Part shown: piece after piece, positions 56,902 through 64,000 of the stretch
How the letters are laid out: every line of letters begins with the position of its first letter
Position numbering within the stretch: the stretch's first letter is position 1
Assembly: GCA_963717455.1 (NCBI GenBank)
Contig: OY970336.1
Span: 5,202,570-5,266,569 of the forward strand
Origin: an uncultured Acidimicrobiaceae bacterium
Lineage (GTDB): Bacteria > Actinomycetota > Acidimicrobiia > Acidimicrobiales > RAAP-2
Length of the DNA stretch: 64,000 nucleotides
Reading direction: 5' to 3'
Program-made: the position numbers and the translations under genes
Notes under the pieces: generated by a model
What the model saw: the letters and a program-made list of their open reading frames with translations, nothing else
What the model was told of the DNA's origin: nothing
Database searches by the model: none

Positions 56902-56986
56902 GGAGGAGTGCGAGAGCGGCCGAATCGGCACGACTGGAAATCGTGTGTTGGGCAACCAACCGTGGGTTCAAATCCCACCTCCTCCG
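56902..56986 (+). tRNA. tRNA-Ser (anticodon GGA)
   Basis: GGAGGAGTGCGAGAGCGGCCGAATCGGCACGACTGGAAATCGTGTGTTGGGCAACCAACCGTGGGTTCAAATCCCACCTCCTCCG, with a long variable arm. Confidence 0.88.
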
Positions 56987-57254
56987 CTTCGGAAGAAGGC
57001 TCAATTCACCCGGGTTCCGGTCCGATAGTTGAGCGTGGATCCAAATCACGGCCCAGCGGCCGACCAGCCCCACGCGGGATCGTCGGGGGGCGGCGCCTTC
57101 GCTCCGGTGGACCCGACCTCACCCGGGCACGGGTTCGGGAAAGGTCACCGCAGGCACCGGCGGGCAATCGCCGCCCACCCGGTCGCCGCCGGGGCCCAAC
57201 CCCGCGACCGCGCCAACGCCCATTTCGTCATCATCACATCGTGAGCATCCGACC

Positions 57255-58697
57255 ATGAGCACCCACCTCTTCGACAACTCCGAGTTGGAGACAGACGACT
57301 CCGACTTCGCCTGGGACGAGTTCTTGCCAGACCCGGACGACGCCGAGGCCGATGCCGATGTCGAGACCGGCGCGCTGGACGCGGACGAATCCGAACTGGA
57401 CCTCGACGACTCCGACTTCGACTGGGAAGCGGCGCTCGACGACGAGTCCGAATCGGACTCGGAGGATCGCGTGGTCGCGGCAGCGCGTGTCGAGGCTGCC
57501 TTCGATCGGATTCAGGACACCGTTCGTCGCTCCTATGAGCCGGACTCGGAGCCGGATCCAGAGCACGACCCTGAATTGGACGCGGAGTTGGCAGCGGAGG
57601 CGGAGCTGGCGGTAGAGGTCGAGAACGAGCCGGAGGCGGAGCTGGAGCCGGAGGCGGAGCTGGAGCCGGAGGCGGAGCTGGAGCCGGAGGCGGAGGAGGC
57701 AGAGACCGAGGTCGCGATCGCGGCCGTGCTCGTGCCCGAGCTCGACGCTGAGGCAGAGCTCGTGACCCAGCCAGGGCGAGAGCCAGAGCTCGGGTCCGTC
57801 ATCGAAGCCGCTCTGGAACCGGAGTCAGAGGGGGAAGTCGAGACCACGCGGGAACGGGGTCTGGAGCCGGAGCTGTGGGCGGCGGTCGTTCTGGAACCGG
57901 AGCCTGAGGCGGTGCTCGAGCCCGAGATAACAGAGCCCGAGGCGCTTCTGGAACCGGATCCAGGAGCGGAGCCCCCGCCCGAACTGGAGCCCCATGCTGA
58001 GTTCGTCTCCGAGGCTGAGCTCAAGCACGAGCCCCAGGAGGAACTCGAGCCGCACTCCGAATTCTTTCCCGCTGCCGAGCTCGAACCGGAAGGTGAGTTC
58101 GAGCCCGAGGGAGAGCTGGAGCGTGCACGCTCACATGGCCCCGTGCACGCTCGCACACGTCAGAACGAAGGGACCACGCGTCGGAGTCCGGTCTTCATCG
58201 CCACTGCGGCCATTGCGTGCATCTTCATCTCGGTCGTGAGCGTCGCCGCCATCGTTCACTCGCTCCACCACACCACTGGGCCAACGGTGACCACTCCCCC
58301 CAGCACGCCCCCGGCTGCATCGTCACCAGCGACAGCTCGGGTGCAGTCGGCCACCGACTCTGTCGACTCGGCCACCACCGCCGCCGTCGCCAGCTTGGCC
58401 TCGCTCCCGGGTTTCCCCACACCGGCCAATGTGGCCAACGTCATCAACCCGTACATCTCGTCGCTGCAGCTCTATGACACGTTCTTGTCCGGGGCTTCGG
58501 TGCCGCAGCAGGTCCGCTCGGTGGCAGACGCCACCGAGTCACAGGTGCGGCACGACGTGGCTGTCTTCAGCACGATCGACGGGTTGCCACCCATCCGCCT
58601 GGGGGCCTACCTCAACACGTTCTCCACCGAGGTGACACGACTGCAGGCGTCGTTCAGCACGCTCGAACAGGACCTGCGCAGCCAGGCCACGACCTGA
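57255..58697 (+). CDS. Hypothetical single-pass membrane protein with an N-terminal domain of about 330 aa that is extremely acidic and rich in Glu/Pro/Asp repeats
   Basis: DSDFAWDEF and DSDFDWEAAL motifs are followed by EPEAEL-type repeats, a basic stop-transfer segment (RTRQNEGTTRRS), a TM helix (VFIATAAIACIFISVVSVAAIV), a Thr/Pro/Ser linker and a C-terminal domain of about 130 aa. Confidence 0.6.
   Translation: MSTHLFDNSELETDDSDFAWDEFLPDPDDAEADADVETGALDADESELDLDDSDFDWEAALDDESESDSEDRVVAAARVEAAFDRIQDTVRRSYEPDSEPDPEHDPELDAELAAEAELAVEVENEPEAELEPEAELEPEAELEPEAEEAETEVAIAAVLVPELDAEAELVTQPGREPELGSVIEAALEPESEGEVETTRERGLEPELWAAVVLEPEPEAVLEPEITEPEALLEPDPGAEPPPELEPHAEFVSEAELKHEPQEELEPHSEFFPAAELEPEGEFEPEGELERARSHGPVHARTRQNEGTTRRSPVFIATAAIACIFISVVSVAAIVHSLHHTTGPTVTTPPSTPPAASSPATARVQSATDSVDSATTAAVASLASLPGFPTPANVANVINPYISSLQLYDTFLSGASVPQQVRSVADATESQVRHDVAVFSTIDGLPPIRLGAYLNTFSTEVTRLQASFSTLEQDLRSQATT
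57627..57695 (+). repeat. Perfect in-frame tandem repeat of an 18-nt unit GAGCCGGAGGCGGAGCTG (3.8 copies)
   Basis: Units at 57627-57644, 57645-57662 and 57663-57680, plus a 15-nt partial copy. They encode (EPEAEL)n inside the acidic protein. Confidence 0.85.
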
Positions 58698-58805
58698 GCC
58701 TCGCCGGCCAATCCGTCGGCGCACTTCCTCTCCCGCTCCCGCGGCCCGCATACTGGGGGCATCGCCACCCCCTACACCCCGACGCCGCTGAACGATGACG
58801 ATGCG

Positions 58806-59282
58806 ATGGAGCGCGCCCTCGCAGAGGCGCGCGCGGCCGGCCGCGAGGGCGAGGTACCCGTCGGCGCCGTCACCCTCGTCGACGGACGGGTGATCGCATC
58901 GCGTCACAACGAGCGAGAGCGCAGCTCCGACCCGACGGCCCACGCGGAGATGCTGGTGCTGCGCGACACGGCGGCGGCACTCGGAACGTGGCGGCTATCG
59001 GACGTCACCCTCGTCGTCACCCTCGAGCCGTGCCCGATGTGCGCTGGGGCGCTGGTCGCAGCCAGGGTCGGCAGGCTGGTCTATGGCGCGAGCGATCCCC
59101 GCGCCGGAGCCTGCGGCACGCTCTACAACCTCTGCGTCGACCCACGGCTCAACCACGAGCTGCCCGTCACCGACGGCGTGCGTGCAGACCAATGCGGAGC
59201 GCTCCTCACGTCGTTCTTCGCGTCCAAGCGAGGTGAACGGAACGCGACCTCAGGATTCATCGGCTCCATCGAGCTCGGTTGA
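58806..59282 (+). CDS. tadA: tRNA adenosine(34) deaminase
   Basis: VPVGAV, HAEMLVL (H-A-E zinc/catalytic motif), LEPCPMCAGAL (PCxxC) and RLVYGASDPRAGACG. Confidence 0.88.
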   Translation: MERALAEARAAGREGEVPVGAVTLVDGRVIASRHNERERSSDPTAHAEMLVLRDTAAALGTWRLSDVTLVVTLEPCPMCAGALVAARVGRLVYGASDPRAGACGTLYNLCVDPRLNHELPVTDGVRADQCGALLTSFFASKRGERNATSGFIGSIELG

Positions 59283-59898
59283 TCCCGGCCTCACGTATTC
59301 CGACCGCTCTGTCCGGCCCGCGGCGTAGCGGTCCCGGCCGGCTCGGCGGATCCGTCCTGCGGCCGGGCCGGAACGAAGGGCCCCTGGAGGCGCCCCGGGC
59401 CCCACCGGCGCGCACCGGTGGCGAGGGCGAGCTCCTGGGTCGACTGCGGGCTCCGGGCCTCGAGGGCGGGACGAGACCGTCTACCTCTGCTGCGAGATAC
59501 GGATCGTCATGCGGGTAGGTCGAGGAGATCGTGCTGGGCGACCACAATGCGGCGCTCTCGATCTGCGAGCTGGACACTTCCGGCGCCGCCGTTCGCTGCG
59601 TGGTGGCCATGTCGGGGGCGCTACCCCCTTTGACACCGCGTCAATCGGCGGGTCGACGAATCAGCGCCGAACGCACGGTCGCAACCCGAGTGGGTGCATC
59701 ACATCGGGGTGTTTCGAGCTTCCCGTATCGAAGCTCGGACTGGGCCATGAGCCAGGTCCGTCTTCCTGCCCGGGGCTGGCGTCGCCCGGGCGGACAAGCC
59801 CGAGCCCGCCCCGCCTGACCTCCCGGTTCGCGCCAGAACGGGGCCCGCGGACGCCCAGCCGAGCCTCCGGACCAGGTCAGAGCGACTAACATGCCCCC

Positions 59899-59984
59899 GG
59901 AGGAGTGCGAGAGCGGCCGAATCGGACGGTCTCGAAAACCGTTGTGCCTCATGGGTACCGTGGGTTCAAATCCCACCTCCTCCG
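59899..59984 (+). tRNA. tRNA-Ser (anticodon CGA)
   Basis: GGAGGAGTGCGAGAGCGGCCGAATCGGACGGTCTCGAAAACCGTTGTGCCTCATGGGTACCGTGGGTTCAAATCCCACCTCCTCCG. Confidence 0.88.
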
Positions 59985-60094
59985 CTCCGGGCCCGAAGGC
60001 CCGTCGCATGTGGCGAATGCGACAGAACAGCGGCAGGGCAGGCGCCCTGTCGGCGACACCTGGTCGTCCCCCGGCGGCCGGAAAGGAGTGAACC

Positions 60095-60367
60095 GTGGCA
60101 CGCGCACGTTCGACATTTGGAAAACTGCAGCGCGACCAGGCCAAGAAGGACAGAGCCAAGGCGAAGATGGACGACCGCCTGTCGCGGCGCGAGGACAAGG
60201 CCGCTGCGAGCGGGCAGCCCGACAGTGGCCCGTCGGCCGACGAAGTCGACCAGACGCAACTGCTCGAGCAGTTCGCCGCGCTCCACGAGGACCTTGCCGA
60301 GGGCCGGATCTCCCTGGACGACTTCGAGGTACGCCAAGAGGAACTGCGCGCCAAGCTCGTGGTCTGA
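60095..60367 (+). CDS. Hypothetical small charged protein (90 aa)
   Basis: The GTG start lies 6 nt after AAGGAG. The N-terminus is Lys/Arg-rich (GKLQRDQAKKDRAKAKMDDRLSRRED) and the C-terminus is an acidic helix (LLEQFAALHEDLAEGRISLDDFEVRQEELRAKL). Confidence 0.5.
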   Translation: MARARSTFGKLQRDQAKKDRAKAKMDDRLSRREDKAAASGQPDSGPSADEVDQTQLLEQFAALHEDLAEGRISLDDFEVRQEELRAKLVV

Positions 60368-60388
60368 GACTGCCCTGGCAGCTGGGTC

Positions 60389-61408
60389 TTAGGTGGCCGC
60401 GGCCTCGTCGCGTCCTTCGAGCCAGCGTCGGAACCCCGCCGCGTTCGAGTGGACGCCGTTCATGATGTCGAGCTTCTCCTTGTGGGCCGAGTCGATGTCA
60501 CCGAGCAGCGGGTCGAACCGGGTCGCCAGCGCCTCCGCGATGTCCGCCCCCTCGCGGTAGGCCTTCTCAGCGGTCTCGGCCCAGAGGCGCAGCGTTTCCT
60601 CCGCCTCGGCCAAGAGTTCCTCGGGCTGCTCGAGAAGTCCGTAGTGGGCGAGAGCGATGCCCGACGGCCGGCGGCCCGCGAACTTGCCGAGCGAGGTGAT
60701 CGCCTGGTCGAGATCGAAGTCAGGCGGCGGGGTCGAAGGCCGCAGCACCCCACCGTCAGGCAGCTTGACCCCAACGGCGTCCCCGGCGAAGAGGACCCCG
60801 CTGAGCGAGTCGTGCAACCCGACGTGGTGCTTGGCGTGGCCGGGTGAGTCCACGGCGACGAGGGTGCGACCCGGGCCGACCTCAATCTCCTCCCCGTCGT
60901 CGAGCACGTGGAGGCGCTCGGGTGGCGTCGGATCGATCCGGCCATAGAGGGAGTCGAGCAGCGGGCCGTAGACGCGCGCTGCCGAGTCGATGAGGCGCGT
61001 CGGGTCGGCCAGGTGCCGAGCCCCCTTCTCGTGCACGTAGACGGTGGCCAAGGGGAAGGCTCGGGCCACGTCGCCGACGCCGCCCGCGTGGTCGAGGTGG
61101 ATGTGCGTCACGGCCACGCCGGCCAGTTCGTCGGGGCCGACTCCGATCTGGCCCAGCGCGGCCAACAACACGGGCACCGAGGTCTGGCTCCCGGTCTCGA
61201 CCAGCACCGGTGCCGGCCCCTCGATGAGGTAGCCCGCCGTGACCCGCTCCCAGCCGCCCAGCATCGTGTCGATCTCGAGCACGCCCGCCGCGATGCGCCG
61301 TGGCGGCGGAACGACCGGCAGCGCGTCGCCGCTCTCGTGATCGTGCACGTGCAGGCCAGCGTCGGCGTGGCGGTGGGGACTCCCGCCGTGCGAATGCGTC
61401 CCGCTCAC
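60389..61408 (-). CDS. MBL-fold metallo-hydrolase with a His-rich N-terminus
   Basis: THIHLDHAGG (HxHxDH motif), SPGHAKHH and an N-terminal HSHGGSPHRHADAGLHVHDHE. Confidence 0.8.
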   Translation of the reverse strand: MSGTHSHGGSPHRHADAGLHVHDHESGDALPVVPPPRRIAAGVLEIDTMLGGWERVTAGYLIEGPAPVLVETGSQTSVPVLLAALGQIGVGPDELAGVAVTHIHLDHAGGVGDVARAFPLATVYVHEKGARHLADPTRLIDSAARVYGPLLDSLYGRIDPTPPERLHVLDDGEEIEVGPGRTLVAVDSPGHAKHHVGLHDSLSGVLFAGDAVGVKLPDGGVLRPSTPPPDFDLDQAITSLGKFAGRRPSGIALAHYGLLEQPEELLAEAEETLRLWAETAEKAYREGADIAEALATRFDPLLGDIDSAHKEKLDIMNGVHSNAAGFRRWLEGRDEAAAT

Positions 61409-61617
61409 GTCGGATTGACCTCAAAGACGACCTTGACGTCGTCGGGCTGGCGTTGGAGCACCTCCGACCTCCTCTCGATCGGGACGATCTCGATGCCGGT
61501 GCCGCAGATGCCGACGGCCAACGTCTCGACGAGCACCGGTCCGTCGGACTCGGGCGGCCCCGGCATGCCCGAGAGCGCGGTGCCCTCATGCGGCGGGTCG
61601 ACCGTGAGTGCCTTCAT
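61405..61617 (-). pseudogene. A 70-aa remnant of the N-terminus of a zinc-type (MDR) alcohol/glucose dehydrogenase
   Basis: MKALTV....GPVLVETLAVGICGTGIEIV matches the GroES-like N-terminal part of MDR dehydrogenases (consensus GICGTD.E). The rest of the roughly 340-aa fold is missing, and the stop overlaps the MBL GTG (GTGA). Confidence 0.4.
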
Positions 61618-61679
61618 GACGCCATCACCGTTCTTCTACCCGGCCTCACGTTTCTCCGATGCGTTGCCTGGCGGCATGG

Positions 61680-63578
61680 TCAGCGAGCCGCCCCGGGCCG
61701 CCGTCGCACCGCCACTCGGCCGAGTTTCCTGATCCGCTCCAGGCTGGGCGGCGTATGGTCTGCCACCGTACGGGCGCCCTCGTAGACGAGGGCGAGAGGA
61801 TCGAACCCGCTGAGCCGGAAGGCAGAGTTGATCAGTGACACGTGGGAGAAGGCCTGTGGGAAGTTGCCGACCAGCCGGCTCGCCAGGGGGTCGTACTCCT
61901 CGGAGAGCAGCCCCAGGTCGTTGCGCAGGGCGAGCAGACGCTCGAAGAGCTCCTGGGCGTCCTCTTTGCGCCCGATCATGTGGAGGCAGTCGACCAACCA
62001 GAACGAGCACGCGAGGAACGCCCCCTCGCGGCCGGTCAACCCGTCGACCGCGCCGCTGTCGTCCGTGCGGTACCGCAATACGAAGCCGTGGTCCATCAGG
62101 TCCCGCTCAATGGCTTCGACCGTGCTCACCACCCGGGGGTCGCTCGGCGGGAGGAAGCCGACGAGGGGGATCATGAGGACGCTGGCATCGAGCTGGTCGG
62201 AGCCGTAGTACTGCGTGAACGCGCCGATGTCTTTGTTGTACCCCTTCTCGCAGACCTCGTCGAAGATCTCCTTGCGCATCGAGCGCCACTTGTCGATGGG
62301 CCCCTTGAGGTCGGGCCACTCCTCGAGCGTGCGCACGGCACGGTCGACCGCCACCCAGGCCATGACCTTGGAGTGCGTGAAGTGGCGGCGCGGGCCACGC
62401 ACCTCCCAGATGCCGTCGTCGGGCTGGCGCCACCCCTTCTCGAGGAACGCGACCAGCTGGGTCTGGAGGGCCCAGGCCGCCCGGCTGTGCACGCCCTCGG
62501 ACTTGGCGGACGCGTAGAGAGCTGACATGACCTCGCCGTACACGTCGAGCTGGAACTGCTCGGAGGCGGCGTTCCCGATCCGGACCGGGACTGACCCCTC
62601 GTAGCCCGGCAGCCACGAGGCCTCCCACTCCTCCAGCCGCCGCTCACCGGCCAGCCCGTACATGATCTGGAGCTTCGAGACGTCGCCCGCGACAGCGCGC
62701 AACAGCCAGTCCCTCCACGCCATCGCCTCGGCGTAGTAGCCACCCCGCATCAGCGACTCGAGGGTCAGTGTGGCGTCGCGCAGCCAGCAGTATCGGTAGT
62801 CCCAATTCCGATTGCCGCCGAGGGCCTCGGGGAGTGAGGTGGTGGCCGCCGCCATGATGCCGCCCGTCGGCTCGTAGGTCAGCGCCTTGAGGGTGATGAG
62901 GGAGCGCACCACCGCGTCCTTGTAGGGCCCCTCGTAGCAGCACTGCGTGGCCCATTCGCTCCAGTAGGCCTCGGTGAGGTGCACCGTGTAGTGGCTGTCG
63001 AGCGGCGGCGGGGGCTCCTCGTGCGACGGGTACGACACCAGCGTGAAGGGAAAGCGCTGCCTTTCGGTGACGGTGAAGTCCGCCACCGTGTGCAGGTCCT
63101 TGCCGACCGTGTCGACCCGGTGCCACAGGGCGACCGAGTCGGGTCCAGCCGTGAGGCGGGTCAGGCCCTCGTTCGAGGTGACCCAGGGGATGACCTCGCC
63201 GTAGTCGAATCGGACGGCGAGATCCATGTGCATGTCCACCGTGCCGCTGACGCCTTCGACCGAGCGCACCAGGTGGGGATGGTTGTCGCGCACCGGCATG
63301 CAGTCGGTGACGCGCACCGTGCCCGAGGCGGTGTCGAACTCGGTCTCGAGGACGAGCGAGTTGGCCCGGTACCACCGCCGGGTCGCAATGATGGCGTCCG
63401 CGCCTCCGGCCGGCGCGATCTTCCAGAGGCCGTGGGCCTCGTTTCCGAGTAGTCGGGAGAAGCACGACGGCGAATCGAAGTGCGGGAGGCACATCCAGTC
63501 GACCGAACCGTCCATCCCCACCAGGGCGGCGGTGTGCAGGTCCCCGATGACGGCGTAATCCTCGATCGGCTGGCTCAT
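61680..63578 (-). CDS. Glycoside hydrolase family 15 protein (glucoamylase/trehalase-related)
   Basis: IEDYAVIGDLHTAALVGMDGSVDWMCLPHFDSPSCF, NWDYRYCWLRDA, FWLVDCL and SEEYDP. Confidence 0.88.
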   Translation of the reverse strand: MSQPIEDYAVIGDLHTAALVGMDGSVDWMCLPHFDSPSCFSRLLGNEAHGLWKIAPAGGADAIIATRRWYRANSLVLETEFDTASGTVRVTDCMPVRDNHPHLVRSVEGVSGTVDMHMDLAVRFDYGEVIPWVTSNEGLTRLTAGPDSVALWHRVDTVGKDLHTVADFTVTERQRFPFTLVSYPSHEEPPPPLDSHYTVHLTEAYWSEWATQCCYEGPYKDAVVRSLITLKALTYEPTGGIMAAATTSLPEALGGNRNWDYRYCWLRDATLTLESLMRGGYYAEAMAWRDWLLRAVAGDVSKLQIMYGLAGERRLEEWEASWLPGYEGSVPVRIGNAASEQFQLDVYGEVMSALYASAKSEGVHSRAAWALQTQLVAFLEKGWRQPDDGIWEVRGPRRHFTHSKVMAWVAVDRAVRTLEEWPDLKGPIDKWRSMRKEIFDEVCEKGYNKDIGAFTQYYGSDQLDASVLMIPLVGFLPPSDPRVVSTVEAIERDLMDHGFVLRYRTDDSGAVDGLTGREGAFLACSFWLVDCLHMIGRKEDAQELFERLLALRNDLGLLSEEYDPLASRLVGNFPQAFSHVSLINSAFRLSGFDPLALVYEGARTVADHTPPSLERIRKLGRVAVRRRPGAAR

Positions 63579-63593
63579 GGCCTCATTCTTGCC

Positions 63594-64000
63594 TCAGCCA
63601 CTGATGCAAGGCCCAGTGCCGACAGCGGAATGGTGCTGCCTGGCGGCCTGCACCCGGGTGAGGACTCCTGGCGAGGCCAGGGCGTAGCCGACGTTCTGGT
63701 AGACGGTGGAGCGGGAGAACACGACGCCGATGACCTCGCCACCGGGTCCCATCAAGGGACCGCCCGAGTTGCCGGGCTCGACATTGGCGTCCAGTGCGTA
63801 GACGATCCGGGTGACGGCTCCGCTGTTGTAGATGTCCTTGCCGATCGCGGTGATCTCCTGGGTCACGCCGGCCGGGTCGATGACGAGGGGCCCGTTCTCG
63901 GGATAGCCGAGCAGTGCGGCCGGCGTGCCCCGCTGCACCAGGTTCGGGTCGATGTTCAGCGCCGGGCCGAGTGGAGCATCCGTGCGCAGGACGGCCAGGT
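63594..64000 (-). CDS. Trypsin-like (S1C / MarP-type) serine protease, C-terminal part. The gene continues past the window end.
   Basis: The active-site serine motif is VEPGNSGGPL, followed by GEVIGVVFS. The reading frame is open to position 64000. Confidence 0.7.
   Translation of the reverse strand, partial: LAVLRTDAPLGPALNIDPNLVQRGTPAALLGYPENGPLVIDPAGVTQEITAIGKDIYNSGAVTRIVYALDANVEPGNSGGPLMGPGGEVIGVVFSRSTVYQNVGYALASPGVLTRVQAARQHHSAVGTGPCISG

Noticed and set aside
57627-57695. A perfect short tandem repeat that could be mistaken for a CRISPR-like or minisatellite array
   Set aside because: The units are contiguous with no spacers, are 18 nt long (a multiple of 3) and are in frame inside a coding region, encoding EPEAEL. 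This is a coding tandem repeat, not a CRISPR array.
56902-59984. The tRNA-Ser pair read as attL/attR of an integrated mobile element
   Set aside because: There is no integrase, excisionase, transposase or phage gene between them. Both copies are complete tRNAs with different anticodons rather than a tRNA plus a partial duplicate. The enclosed tadA is a core gene.

Overview
A visibly high-GC, actinobacterial-type chromosomal window, densely coding and mostly core genome. I did not find a clear-cut novel multi-gene system. The second-look candidates, in rough order, are listed after the gene map.

Gene map, left to right:
- (1) A scattered ethylmalonyl-CoA/propionyl-CoA gene set: pccB plus epsilon subunit, an Ecm-like B12 mutase, hbd, thiolase, ccr and an epimerase. 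It is interleaved with two cyclophilins, aspartate kinase and a SixA-like phosphatase.
- (2) A small lower-GC islet of orphan genes at about 13.25-14.3 kb.
- (3) One long minus-strand array: tRNA-Thr, tRNA-Met, rpmG, tRNA-Trp, secE, nusG, rplK, rplA, rplJ, rplL, rpoB, rpoC. It runs with almost no gaps into cysD, cysNC and a membrane-anchored beta-propeller gene.
- (4) Envelope and sugar genes: a GNAT, an MptB-like GT-C, tRNA-Tyr, yajQ, gtrA, a GH1 beta-glucosidase, tesB, gltA and a very clear UDP-sulfoquinovose synthase (sqdB) homolog.
- (5) An rmuC-recC-recB-recD operon in which recD carries two compensating frameshifts.
- (6) A PhoU-like gene, asd, a secreted six-repeat propeller-like protein, recR, dnaX (no ybaB between them) and SRP RNA.
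- (7) Two tRNA-Ser genes bracketing a strongly acidic single-pass membrane protein and tadA.
- (8) An MBL hydrolase preceded by a 70-aa dehydrogenase remnant, a GH15 enzyme and a partial trypsin-like protease.

Second-look candidates:
- the disrupted recD;
- the orphan sqdB together with cysDNC appended to the RNA polymerase operon;
- the two uncharacterised propeller proteins;
- the acidic membrane protein;
- the lower-GC islet;
- a recurrent leaderless-type promoter architecture.

Many long ORFs in the supplied track are antisense or alternate-frame shadows typical of high-GC DNA and were rejected. All calls come from reading the translations and the sequence by eye; no database search was run.
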